A stretch of 64,000 nucleotides of DNA from Candidatus Iainarchaeum sp. (GTDB lineage: Archaea > Iainarchaeota > Iainarchaeia > Iainarchaeales > GCA-2688035): contig JAFCCO010000006.1 of assembly GCA_017610175.1 (NCBI GenBank), positions 2,778 through 66,777 on the forward strand, written 5' to 3'. The position numbers and the translations under genes were made by a program. The notes below the pieces were generated by a model that did no database searches, had not been told where the DNA came from, and saw only the letters and a list, made by a program, of their open reading frames with translations. Position 1 is the stretch's first letter. Each line of letters starts with the position of its first letter. Shown one piece after another: positions 8,486 to 17,244 of the stretch.

Positions 8486-10501
8486 ATGGTAAAAAAATTT
8501 TTGGAATCAGTTGAGAGGCGAGATGGGAGTTTAGCCCCCTTTGACCTAAAGCGCATTGAAGACGCTATTTTTGCGGCAGCAAAGTCTGTTGGTGGAAGTG
8601 ACCAGGCAACTGCGCACGATATTGCGGAGAGAATTGAACACTCCCTTAAGAAAAAGTTTGGAACAACTCCCCCAAGCGTTGAAAATATTCAGGATGTTGT
8701 TGAAAAAGAGCTTATTGAATTGGGGCACGCAAAAACGGCAAAGGCCTACATTCTCTACAGGAAAAAGAGGGGCGAGATGCGTGACACTGCGGCTTTTTTG
8801 AAAAAAGCGCAGAACATAATTCACGGCTATGTACAGGAGTCCGACTGGAGAGTTGCTGAAAACAGCAATGCATCATACTCCCTTTCAGGGCTTCAGGCCC
8901 ACATAAGCGGTGCGGTAATGGCGGAATACGCCTTGCAGAACATTTACCCGACCGAAATTTCACAAGCGCACAGGTCTGCAGACATGCACATCCACGACCT
9001 TGGAAACGGGACCTTTTCAGGATACTGCGCAGGCTGGAGCCTTCGCGATCTGCTTGAGAAAGGGTTTAACGGGGTTCCTGGGCGGATTTCTGCAAAGCCA
9101 GCAAAGCACTTCAATTCCGCACTAGGCCAGATTGTCAATTTTATGGGAACACTGCAGAACGAGTGGGCCGGAGCACAGGCATTCAACAGCTTTGACACCT
9201 ATCTTGCCCCCCTTGCCAGAAAAGACGGCTTGGACTACAAGAAGATAAAGCAGAGCGTTCAGGAGTTCATTTTTGCAACAAACGCAACAAGCAGGTGGGG
9301 AAACCAGGTTCCGTTCACAAACGTTACCTTTGACTGGGTTGTCCCTGATGACCTGAGGGACCATCCTGTTGTTTATGGGGGTAAGGAACTGAACAACGAG
9401 TATTACGGAGACTTCCAGCGCGAAATGGACATGGTTAACAGGGCATTCATTGAGGTAATGAATGACGGGGACATGAACGGCCGCGTTTTTACTTTTCCAA
9501 TTCCCACATACAATATCACAAAGGAATTTGACTGGGATTCTGAGAACGCACAAAAACTCTTTGAGATGACCGCAAAGTATGGGATTCCGTACTTCCAGAA
9601 CTTTATCAACAGCAGCCTCAAGCCCAGCGATGTAAGAAGCATGTGCTGCAGACTGCAGCTTGATTTGAGGGAGCTTAAATCCAAAACAGGCGGCTTGTTT
9701 GGAAGCGGTGACAAGACCGGAAGCATTGGTGTTGTAACCCTAAACATGCCAAAGATTGGTTATCTTGCAAAGGACGAAACCGATTTCTTTGAGAGAATTG
9801 ACCAGTTAATATATCTTGGAAAGGAAAGTCTTGAAATCAAGAGAAAGGAAGTTAACAAGCATATGAACGCCGGGCTTCTTCCGTGGAGCAAGCGCTTTTT
9901 AGGGGGCTTTGACAACCATTTCTCCACAATTGGGCTTATTGGAATGCACGAGTGCCTGCTGAATTTCATGGAGGTAGGGATTGAAACGGCTGAGGGAAGA
10001 AAGTTTGCACTAAAAACGCTTGACTTTTTCAGGGACAGGCTCTCCGACTTCCAGGAGGAAACAGGCCACATCTACAATCTTGAGGCAACCCCTGCGGAGG
10101 GGGCATCCTACAGGCTTGCAAGAACCGACCGCAAGCATTACACAGACATTAAGACATCCGGAAAGGCGGAGCCGTTTTACACAAACAGCACAAACCTCCC
10201 GGTAAATCACACAGATGACATCTTTGAGGCGCTCCAGCACCAGGATGAGCTGCAGTGCAAGTACACAGGCGGGACAGTGCTGCACGGCTTTTTGGGGGAG
10301 GCAATTTCAAGCGGCGAAAGCTGTTCAAAGCTTGTCAAAAAAATTGCTTACAACTTCAAGATGCCGTACTACACAATAACGCCAACGTTTAGCATTTGCC
10401 CGGTGCACGGTTACATTAAGGGCAAGCATGAGACGTGCCCGACCGAGGTCAAGAGCAATTCCCTGAACGGTGCAAAAGAGGAGGTGAAACTAAATGTCTA
10501 A
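8486..10501 (+). CDS. nrdD: Anaerobic ribonucleoside-triphosphate reductase (class III), large chain lacking the glycyl-radical tail
   Basis: ATP-cone-like N-terminus (VERRDGSLAPFDLKRIEDAI) and the thiyl-loop motif SMCCRLQLD. The C-terminus reads TPTFSICPVHGYIKGKHETCP, then stops after a short non-conserved tail. The start was moved from 8423 to ATG 8486 (MVKKFLES…). Confidence 0.95.
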   Translation: MVKKFLESVERRDGSLAPFDLKRIEDAIFAAAKSVGGSDQATAHDIAERIEHSLKKKFGTTPPSVENIQDVVEKELIELGHAKTAKAYILYRKKRGEMRDTAAFLKKAQNIIHGYVQESDWRVAENSNASYSLSGLQAHISGAVMAEYALQNIYPTEISQAHRSADMHIHDLGNGTFSGYCAGWSLRDLLEKGFNGVPGRISAKPAKHFNSALGQIVNFMGTLQNEWAGAQAFNSFDTYLAPLARKDGLDYKKIKQSVQEFIFATNATSRWGNQVPFTNVTFDWVVPDDLRDHPVVYGGKELNNEYYGDFQREMDMVNRAFIEVMNDGDMNGRVFTFPIPTYNITKEFDWDSENAQKLFEMTAKYGIPYFQNFINSSLKPSDVRSMCCRLQLDLRELKSKTGGLFGSGDKTGSIGVVTLNMPKIGYLAKDETDFFERIDQLIYLGKESLEIKRKEVNKHMNAGLLPWSKRFLGGFDNHFSTIGLIGMHECLLNFMEVGIETAEGRKFALKTLDFFRDRLSDFQEETGHIYNLEATPAEGASYRLARTDRKHYTDIKTSGKAEPFYTNSTNLPVNHTDDIFEALQHQDELQCKYTGGTVLHGFLGEAISSGESCSKLVKKIAYNFKMPYYTITPTFSICPVHGYIKGKHETCPTEVKSNSLNGAKEEVKLNV

Positions 10502-10640
10502 ATGCGGAGAAAAATGCGAGGTTTACAGTCGTGTTGTCGGCTACCTGCGCCCGGTAAACAACTGGAATGCGGGAAAAAAAGAGGAATTTGCTTTGAGAAA
10601 AACATACAGCGAAGAAAAAGCCCTTGCAAAGGAACTGTAG
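10494..10640 (+). CDS. NrdD glycyl-radical domain encoded as a separate 48-aa ORF
   Basis: Own translation: MSKCGEKCEVYSRVVGYLRPVNNWNAGKKEEFALRKTYSEEKALAKEL. It carries the RVVGY glycyl-radical motif. GGAGG at 10480-10484 lies 9 nt before the ATG. TAA sits immediately upstream in this frame, and the ORF overlaps the nrdD stop by 8 nt. It is below the 60-aa ORF-track cutoff. Confidence 0.8.
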   Translation: MSKCGEKCEVYSRVVGYLRPVNNWNAGKKEEFALRKTYSEEKALAKEL

Positions 10641-10713
10641 GGCTTTCTTTTATTTTTTTTGTTTCAAATAATTTTTATCAATGTAGTGGGGCTCAGTGTA
10701 CAGGGGGAATTTT

Positions 10714-11415
10714 ATGTTAGTGTTCGGAGGAATCCAGAAAACAACTTTGGTTGATTACCCGGGGGAAGTTGCATGCACGCTTTTTCTTCCAAAATGCAAT
10801 TTTCGCTGCCCGTACTGCTATAACAGCAAGCTTGTTTTTAATGAATCAACTGGGGTAAAAATTCCTGAATCCGAGGTCTTTGAATTTCTTGAGGAAAGAA
10901 AGGGTTTTCTGGATGGGGTTTGCATTACAGGGGGCGAGCCAACTCTCCATTCTGAACTGCCTAACTTTTGTGCCAAATTGAAAAAGTTTGGGTTAAAAGT
11001 GAAACTTGACACCAACGGCACAAACCCTGAAATGCTGAAAAAACTTGTTTCAAAAAAGCTTGTTGACTACATTGCAATGGACATTAAGGCGGATCCCGAA
11101 AATTATGATATGGTCTGCCACTCACCCGTTAACATGGATGCAATCAATGAAAGCATCGGAATAATCAGGGACAGCAAGCTCAAATATGAGTTTAGAACAA
11201 CTGTTCTGCCAAAATTCCACACCAAAGAATCGCTTTTAAAGATAGGGGGATGGCTTAAGGGGGCTGACTTTTATGCCCTGCAACAATTCTCCCCTGCCCC
11301 TGAAATGATTGACCAAAGCCTTGAAGAGGCCTCAAAATACGCCAAGGAAGAGCTTGAAAGCTTTGCAAAAGCGCTAAAACCGTTCTTTAATCGAATTGAG
11401 GTCAGAAACGTTTAA
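10714..11415 (+). CDS. nrdG: Anaerobic RNR activating protein (radical SAM)
   Basis: CNFRCPYCYN (CX3CX2C) and GGEPTL. ATG 10714 is preceded by a GGGGG run. The track start at 10696 is a GTG. Confidence 0.9.
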   Translation: MLVFGGIQKTTLVDYPGEVACTLFLPKCNFRCPYCYNSKLVFNESTGVKIPESEVFEFLEERKGFLDGVCITGGEPTLHSELPNFCAKLKKFGLKVKLDTNGTNPEMLKKLVSKKLVDYIAMDIKADPENYDMVCHSPVNMDAINESIGIIRDSKLKYEFRTTVLPKFHTKESLLKIGGWLKGADFYALQQFSPAPEMIDQSLEEASKYAKEELESFAKALKPFFNRIEVRNV

Positions 11416-11445
11416 TTTTAAAGCTTAGTGCCGCTTTTCTTAATT

Positions 11446-11679
11446 ATGGTGGATAAGGTAAACAAAGAAATGACTTTGGGGGACATAATCACAAAACACC
11501 CTGAGGTCGCAGGCGTTATAATGAACTATGGCCTGCACTGCATTGGCTGCCATGTTGCGGCTTGGGAAACGCTTGAGCAGGGCTCAAAAGCACACGGTTT
11601 GAGCGATGAAAAGATTGAAGAAATGGTTAACATGATTAACAAGGTAATTGAAGAGAAGAAAGGTGAAAAAAAGGAGTGA
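11446..11679 (+). CDS. DUF1858 / hybrid-cluster-protein-associated redox-disulfide protein
   Basis: MTLGDIITKHPEVAGVIMNYGLHCIGCHVAAWETLEQGSKAHGL. Characteristic GLHCxGC motif. Confidence 0.75.
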   Translation: MVDKVNKEMTLGDIITKHPEVAGVIMNYGLHCIGCHVAAWETLEQGSKAHGLSDEKIEEMVNMINKVIEEKKGEKKE

Positions 11680-11684
11680 TTTTG

Positions 11685-11864
11685 GTGGAGAGACCATATA
11701 TTGATTATGATAAATGTACAGTAACAGGCACATGCATTGATGTTTGCCCTGTCGGAGTATTTGCAAAGAACGGAGACAAGGTTGAAGTAGTTAACCCGGA
11801 CGCATGCATTCAGTGCAGGGCGTGCGAAGTAAGCTGCCCCGCAAAAGCCATTCAGGTAAAATAA
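11685..11864 (+). CDS. Dicluster-type ferredoxin (first motif lacks its second Cys)
   Basis: CTVTGTCIDVCP (C-x2-T-x2-C-x3-CP) plus the canonical CIQCRACEVSCP. AGGAG lies 8 nt upstream of GTG 11685. The track start is 11676. Confidence 0.8.
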   Translation: MERPYIDYDKCTVTGTCIDVCPVGVFAKNGDKVEVVNPDACIQCRACEVSCPAKAIQVK

Positions 11865-11894
11865 CCTGCTCCCTTTTTTTGTTGGTGAATTTGA

Positions 11895-13166
11895 ATGAGT
11901 GAAGCATATTTAACAGGCCTTGGCGGTTGCCAGGAAGTTGGAAGAAGCAGTTTCCTCCTTGACTTTGGGGGAAAGGTTCTGTTCGACAACGGCGTTAAGC
12001 TTTCGCCTGACGGAATACAGTACCCGCTTCCTGTTGACACAAACCTTGACGGCGTAGTGATTTCACACGCACACCTTGACCACTCTGGAAACTTGCCGCA
12101 TCTTTTTGTTGAATCAAGTTTCAACTGTTACATGACTCCTCCAACCCTTGACATTGCAAAAATCCTTTGGTTTGACACCCTCAAAATCGCGGGCTACGAG
12201 GGAATAGACACTGAGTGGAGCGAGGAAGAGATTAAGAAAACGGAAAGGTTTACCTTTCCCCTTCATTACCGCAGACGAGTTGACATCACAAAAAACAGCC
12301 AGCTTGAGCTCTTTGATGCCGGGCACATAATCGGAAGCTCAATGGCAAAACTTTCCTTTGGCGACAAAAGTTTCCTTTATACAGGGGACTTTAAGAAAGA
12401 TGAAACAAGGCTGTTCAAGGGAGCAGACCTTGACGTTGGGGAAGTTGATTACGTTGCGATTGAATCAACCTACGGTGACCGCGAGCACCCTCCAAGAAAA
12501 GAGGTTGAAAAGCTTTTTGTGGAGGAAGTGCAGGACACAATTGATCGGGGCGGAACGGCTTTGGTTCCGGCCTTTGCGGTTGGGCGAAGCCAGGAAATAA
12601 TTGAGATTCTAAAAGACTACACTGTTAATGCCCCCATTTACTTGGATGGGATGGGTCAGAAGGTTGCAAGGGTAATGCTTTCATACCCAAGATACCTAAA
12701 GGACCACAAGGCATTGAAGAAGGCCCTTGAAACCACCAACTGGGTGCGAAGGGCAAGCATGAGAAAAAAGGCATTAAAGGAGCCCTCGGTTATAGTGACC
12801 ACGGCGGGAATGCTGCAGGGCGGCCCTGCAATGGCTTACCTTAAGGAGATTGCAGGCGACAAAAACAGTTCCGTTCTATTAACAGGGTATCAGGTGGAGG
12901 AAACTGCCGGAAGAAAGTTAATGGAGACAAAGAGGATTGAAATAGACGATCGGGAATATGAGGTCAGGGGAAAGGTTGAGAAATTTGACTTCTCGGCGCA
13001 TGCCTCAAAGGAAGAAATGATTGCCTCACTAAAGCACTGGTCACCGTCCAAAATTCTTCTAGTGCACGGGGACAAGGATGTAATGCCTGTGTTTAAGGGC
13101 GTAATAGAGGACGAGCTTGGGATCGAAACAGTGATTCCGGAACTTGGCAAGAAACTAAAACTCTAG
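11895..13166 (+). CDS. Beta-CASP / metallo-beta-lactamase-fold ribonuclease (aCPSF2-like size)
   Basis: HAHLDHSG motif, ESTYG (beta-CASP motif A), and C-terminal FSAHAS … VHGD. Confidence 0.85.
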   Translation: MSEAYLTGLGGCQEVGRSSFLLDFGGKVLFDNGVKLSPDGIQYPLPVDTNLDGVVISHAHLDHSGNLPHLFVESSFNCYMTPPTLDIAKILWFDTLKIAGYEGIDTEWSEEEIKKTERFTFPLHYRRRVDITKNSQLELFDAGHIIGSSMAKLSFGDKSFLYTGDFKKDETRLFKGADLDVGEVDYVAIESTYGDREHPPRKEVEKLFVEEVQDTIDRGGTALVPAFAVGRSQEIIEILKDYTVNAPIYLDGMGQKVARVMLSYPRYLKDHKALKKALETTNWVRRASMRKKALKEPSVIVTTAGMLQGGPAMAYLKEIAGDKNSSVLLTGYQVEETAGRKLMETKRIEIDDREYEVRGKVEKFDFSAHASKEEMIASLKHWSPSKILLVHGDKDVMPVFKGVIEDELGIETVIPELGKKLKL

Positions 13167-13173
13167 GATTGAA

Positions 13174-13959
13174 ATGGATCTTATAAACGTTTTTAGGGAA
13201 AGTTTCATTATTCTGAGAAAAGAGCCAAAGCTGTTTATTCCAAAACTTATTCTTGCATTCCTGTACGGAATTGGCATGATAATAATTGCATCACTTGCCC
13301 TCGAAACAATTCTCCCGCTTGCACTTCAGCAGTTTGACCTGGAAACGGCAAGGGCAATGGTTGAAAAGCTCCCCCTCGTAATGGTGCTGTTCTTCTACCT
13401 GATTGCACTTCTTGTGGTTGATGTTCTTGTAAACGCAATGTACCCTTTGATGGTTTCCGACTTCAAGCAGGGGAAGAAAATTTCATTCCGCAGAGCGCTT
13501 GGGGTGGCTGCAACAAAATTCACAACCGTTTTTCCGGCGGTTTTCATAACCGAAATTCTGATTGCCGTTCCATTTGCGCTTGTTTCAACATTTTTCATCC
13601 TCAGCGGCAATATGGCGGCATTAATTGGCGCAGTGCTTGCATTCTTTGCACTAAGCTTTGTGCTGATAGTTTTGTTCTACGTTATTTACCCGTTCTCTGT
13701 GCTCAACGAAAAGAAGAGTTTCATCGAAGCCCTGACGGGCTCGTTTAAAATAGGCAGAAAAAACATAAAAGAGCTTTCAATCCCGTCAACAGTCCCCTAC
13801 TTTCTTTCGCTTGTAAACTTTGTTGTGGCATTTAAGGCAAACGACCCGACATTCCTTATCGTTTTTGTTGTGCTAAGATTCCTCATTGCAATGCTTTACA
13901 CTTACCACATGATTCTCAATCCAAATGTATACCTTGCGCTTGAGGGGCGGTCAAAATGA
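13174..13959 (+). CDS. Polytopic membrane protein, unknown function
   Basis: About six hydrophobic helices. No catalytic motif recognised. Confidence 0.5.
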   Translation: MDLINVFRESFIILRKEPKLFIPKLILAFLYGIGMIIIASLALETILPLALQQFDLETARAMVEKLPLVMVLFFYLIALLVVDVLVNAMYPLMVSDFKQGKKISFRRALGVAATKFTTVFPAVFITEILIAVPFALVSTFFILSGNMAALIGAVLAFFALSFVLIVLFYVIYPFSVLNEKKSFIEALTGSFKIGRKNIKELSIPSTVPYFLSLVNFVVAFKANDPTFLIVFVVLRFLIAMLYTYHMILNPNVYLALEGRSK

Positions 13960-14657
13960 AGGGCGCGTTTTGCCCGGGTTGCGGGTCAACCAAGGGGCCG
14001 TTTTACAGGGGACTCTGCAAAGACTGCTTTCTCCACAAAAAAAAAGTGATTCTGCTTCCTGAAGAAATAAAGATTGACCACTGCAAGTTCTGCAACAAAA
14101 TCAGGCTAAGCGGCAAGTGGCTTGGGCAAAGTGAATTGGTTCTGAAACGTTTTCTTAAAAAAAAGGCAAAAATATCCGGGTTGGTCGATGCAAAACTTTC
14201 CGTCTCACTTGAACCGATGAAAGACCACACTTTTGCAATTGTAAAGGCAAGCGGGCAAATTGACTCCAACAAAATAACCATTGAGGCAAAAACAATTTTG
14301 AAGCCAATTGAAACACAGTGTGACCCGTGCATGCGTGTTCGCTCTGATTACTCTGAGGCAACAATTCAAATGAGGTTTTCTGAAAGCACAGGCCTTGCGG
14401 AAAGGGAAAAGGCTCTTGCTTTGCTAATGGGGCAGATTGAGGGAATGCAGGGCAGGGACCCGCTTTCAAAAGTCGTGCACGCCCTTGAAAACAAAAAGGG
14501 ATTTGATGTGCTGGTGGGCTCAAACAAGGCAGCCCAAAGTGTGGTGAGAAAATTTGAGGCGAAGTTTGGGGTCAAGGCAATAAAATCGTTCAAGCTTGCC
14601 GGAACAGACCACAATGGCCAAAGGCAAAGGAAATTCACCTACTGCATTCGCTTTTAG
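13956..14657 (+). CDS. NMD3-family (ribosomal large-subunit export/maturation factor-like) protein
   Basis: N-terminal Cys clusters CPGCGS…CKDC…CKFC typical of the archaeal NMD3/COG1499 family. 4-nt overlap with the upstream gene. Confidence 0.65.
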   Translation: MKGAFCPGCGSTKGPFYRGLCKDCFLHKKKVILLPEEIKIDHCKFCNKIRLSGKWLGQSELVLKRFLKKKAKISGLVDAKLSVSLEPMKDHTFAIVKASGQIDSNKITIEAKTILKPIETQCDPCMRVRSDYSEATIQMRFSESTGLAEREKALALLMGQIEGMQGRDPLSKVVHALENKKGFDVLVGSNKAAQSVVRKFEAKFGVKAIKSFKLAGTDHNGQRQRKFTYCIRF

Positions 14658-15364
14658 GCTTCAAACTTGGCAAGTTCATTCATTAATTCATTCATTGGCT
14701 TGTTTGTCACAAGCAGGGGAATCTTTTCGCTTTCCGCTATCTTAATGGCAATGGGGTCAACCTTTTTTGGATCAAAGTCACCGTGAAGCACAACAATTGC
14801 AGGTTTCATGTCTGTGGAGAACCGTCCAATCTTAACGGCAATCATCGGGCTTCTTCCGTTTTCAACAAACCTAAAAATCAATGCCCTGTCAGGGGTTTTT
14901 CCATAAAGCTGCATATATTCGTGAACAGGCACCTCGAGAATAACCTTCAGCGAATCGATTACGGTGAAGCCAAAAACCTTGGTTTCCTTCAGGCGCGAGG
15001 GGTTTGCAACGCATTCTGCCCCGATTTTTTTCATGAAGTCAATTCCCTTTACCGCGGAATAAAATTCATGCGTGTCAAAAATGTCTTCCTTTGCGCGAAA
15101 GTCCTTCTCAAGCTGCTTTGCAACCTTGCCCCCGCGGTTTTTGTCAATATCAATCAATGCATAAACAAGCCTTTTGATTACGCCAATTCCGGGGCTTTTT
15201 CTTCTGCCCCCCTCATAATCCGAGAGAGTTGAACTGCTTACTTTAAGGAAATTGGCAAGCTCTGTTTGGGTAATTCCGAAAATTTCGCGCCACTTCTTCA
15301 TGCTGCCGCCTGGATCTTTGCTCAGGCAAATTTCCCCTGCGATTGTAGCCGGAAGTTTCTCCAC
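14654..15364 (-). CDS. XRE-type HTH transcriptional regulator with C-terminal domain (archaeal COG1395-like)
   Basis: WREIFGITQTELANFLKVSSSTLSDYEGGRRKSPGIGVIKRL helix-turn-helix, followed by a C-terminal domain of about 150 aa. Confidence 0.7.
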   Translation of the reverse strand: MEKLPATIAGEICLSKDPGGSMKKWREIFGITQTELANFLKVSSSTLSDYEGGRRKSPGIGVIKRLVYALIDIDKNRGGKVAKQLEKDFRAKEDIFDTHEFYSAVKGIDFMKKIGAECVANPSRLKETKVFGFTVIDSLKVILEVPVHEYMQLYGKTPDRALIFRFVENGRSPMIAVKIGRFSTDMKPAIVVLHGDFDPKKVDPIAIKIAESEKIPLLVTNKPMNELMNELAKFEA

Positions 15365-15534
15365 AAAAAGTCCCCCCTATTTGATGAAAATATATAGTGA
15401 AAGCCACTTTAAAAGGGTTTCGTCAATTGCCATTTGAGTTTCCAGAATTTAAGTCCTTTGACGAAACCGGGTTTTTTGCCCTGCAAAAACTACCATGCAA
15501 AAACTATTTAAATTTATGAAACAATTAGGTTAGC

Positions 15535-16581
15535 ATGAAAAAGAAAAAGGTTGTTTCATTGCTTGGCGCATCAATGATTGTTGCGCTTGCATTTGCAATG
15601 CTTTTGATAAGCGGCTGCGTTGAACCCATTTTGCCAGGCCCGCAGGATGTGGTAAAGCCTGTTAATTTTGTGCCGATTGTAACGGGTTGCGCCGAAACCC
15701 TTGTTGGGACAGCCGTACGTGGCGCGGAATTTGAGTCCCGCGAAATAACACTCAAAGTGGGGGGCAACGGAATAGTTTACGACCGGGCTTTATCACACCT
15801 CTGCTGTAGGAAAGTGGATGTTTCATTTGAACGAAATGACAAAGAAATTACGATTTATGAAACCTGGCAGGGGGCGGGATGCAGATGCAGCTGTTTTTCG
15901 GAAACAGGGGCATCAATTGAGAATCTTCCCAACGGGGATTATGATGTGAAGGTAATTGAAAGGGGAACCAATCCAAACGGAACCCCCAGGCGGGAAAACA
16001 TTATTTTGAATGTAAGTGTTAATGTGCCGGGCGGCAAAATAACAAGCAATAAACCGAAATTAACTCTTGAACAGATGCAGTGGTGTGAAACTGACGCAGA
16101 CTGTGTTGCGGTTGATGAGGGCTGCTGCCCCTGTGCTGTTGGTGGAACAAGGCTTGCAGTAAACCAGAATTTACTTGAAAAATACAACGAGCAATTTCTT
16201 GGATGGTGCACTTACGCAGATGTTGCGTGTGACGAACAGCCAAGCAATGATGTAAGCTGCGGGGCGGAAAACTTTCCCGTTTGCAGGGCAGAAAAGTGTG
16301 AATTTTCTATTCGCTCCGACGAACCGATAGTTAAGGTTTTCTTCCAGCCAATGCAGTGCCAAAAAATCCCCTGGGCTGAAGCAAAAACGCCCGGAAAAAT
16401 AATTAATTTTGTTGATGCGGAATATGGGGTAACGCTTATTTCAATTAAGGAACTTTGTCCCGAAAGGGAAGTTTGTGCGGCCTGTGACACCTGCCCAACC
16501 GTTTGCTATTTTGAGGCAGAGGTGGGGGGTATTAATGCCTCAAGGCTGGTTGAAATAGGCTGGCTTGAAAAACTGGAGTAA
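15535..16581 (+). CDS. Cys-rich secreted/lipoprotein-like protein, unknown function
   Basis: Signal/lipobox-like N-terminus MKKKKVV…AMLLISGC. More than 20 Cys residues in clusters (GCRCSC, CETDADCVAVDEGCCPC, CAACDTCPTVC). Confidence 0.5.
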   Translation: MKKKKVVSLLGASMIVALAFAMLLISGCVEPILPGPQDVVKPVNFVPIVTGCAETLVGTAVRGAEFESREITLKVGGNGIVYDRALSHLCCRKVDVSFERNDKEITIYETWQGAGCRCSCFSETGASIENLPNGDYDVKVIERGTNPNGTPRRENIILNVSVNVPGGKITSNKPKLTLEQMQWCETDADCVAVDEGCCPCAVGGTRLAVNQNLLEKYNEQFLGWCTYADVACDEQPSNDVSCGAENFPVCRAEKCEFSIRSDEPIVKVFFQPMQCQKIPWAEAKTPGKIINFVDAEYGVTLISIKELCPEREVCAACDTCPTVCYFEAEVGGINASRLVEIGWLEKLE

Positions 16582-16587
16582 TTAAAG

Positions 16588-16662
16588 CGAGCCCGGAGGG
16601 ATTCGAACCCTCGACTTCTTCCTTAGGAGGGAAGCGCTCTATCCAAGCTGAGCTACGGGCCC
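16588..16662 (-). tRNA. tRNA-Arg (anticodon CCT)
   Basis: Reverse complement GGGCCCGTAGCTCAGCTTGGATAGAGCGCTTCCCTCCTAAGGAAGAAGTCGAGGGTTCGAATCCCTCCGGGCTCG folds as a cloverleaf. Anticodon loop CTCCTAA. No encoded CCA. Confidence 0.9.
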
Positions 16663-16689
16663 TCTGTTTAAATAATTGGATTCAGAAAG

Positions 16690-17244
16690 TTATAAAAGCG
16701 TTAAGACTATGGCTGTTGCAAGCGGAATGCTTATGCTGTCGTCCATTGGGAGGAGTTCTGCTGCCATTCCGGCAATTGCCGCCGCAATTGCAATCCACAA
16801 TTCAAAAAGCACTCCGAGAAAGAGTGCGGAAACTATTATTCCTCCAATTGTCCCTTCAAGGGTTTTTTTGCCTGCAATCCTGTGTTTTCCAAACTTTATC
16901 CCAAAAAGCGTTGATGCGGCATCACCGAAAACCGCAACAGTCAATGCACCTGCAACAATTGCCTGTTCGCGGAACAAAAGCATCAGAACAATTGCTCCCA
17001 TAAAGAAAATAAGCGCTCCTTTTCCAGGAATTCCTGTTTCATGCCCCCTTTCAACCCGTTGTACGATTGGAATAAGCAAGGGCAGTTCAAAACCGCGTCC
17101 TATAAAATAACTTGAAATAACCCCTATCAAAAGCCCGAGCCCCAGTACTGTTAAAGTGTGCTGCGTTCCAACAAGCACAACAAGCGCAATAAAAATAGAT
17201 CCGAAGAGAACGTGCAAAAACTGACGTCTAACTTCCTGTTTCAT
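16690..17244 (-). CDS. Polyprenol (dolichol/phytol) kinase / CTP-transferase-1 superfamily membrane protein
   Basis: FGDAASTLFGIKFGKHRIAGKKTLEGTIGG motif in a multi-TM protein. 4-nt overlap with the fibrillarin gene. Confidence 0.6.
   Translation of the reverse strand: MKQEVRRQFLHVLFGSIFIALVVLVGTQHTLTVLGLGLLIGVISSYFIGRGFELPLLIPIVQRVERGHETGIPGKGALIFFMGAIVLMLLFREQAIVAGALTVAVFGDAASTLFGIKFGKHRIAGKKTLEGTIGGIIVSALFLGVLFELWIAIAAAIAGMAAELLPMDDSISIPLATAIVLTLL

Noticed and set aside
10502-10720. The 72-aa ORF listed in the track directly after nrdD (MRRKMRGLQSCCRLPAPG…).
   Set aside because: It is in the wrong frame. The frame starting at ATG 10494 gives the textbook glycyl-radical peptide (…EVYSRVVGYLRPV…) and has an SD. 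The 72-aa ORF is just the overlapping out-of-frame reading of the same DNA.
16676-17110. A 144-aa plus-strand ORF antisense to the polyprenol-kinase-like gene.
   Set aside because: The minus-strand product has the GD…KTLEG family motif and is 4-nt-coupled to fibrillarin. The plus-strand product is an Ala/Ile/Pro-rich shadow translation.
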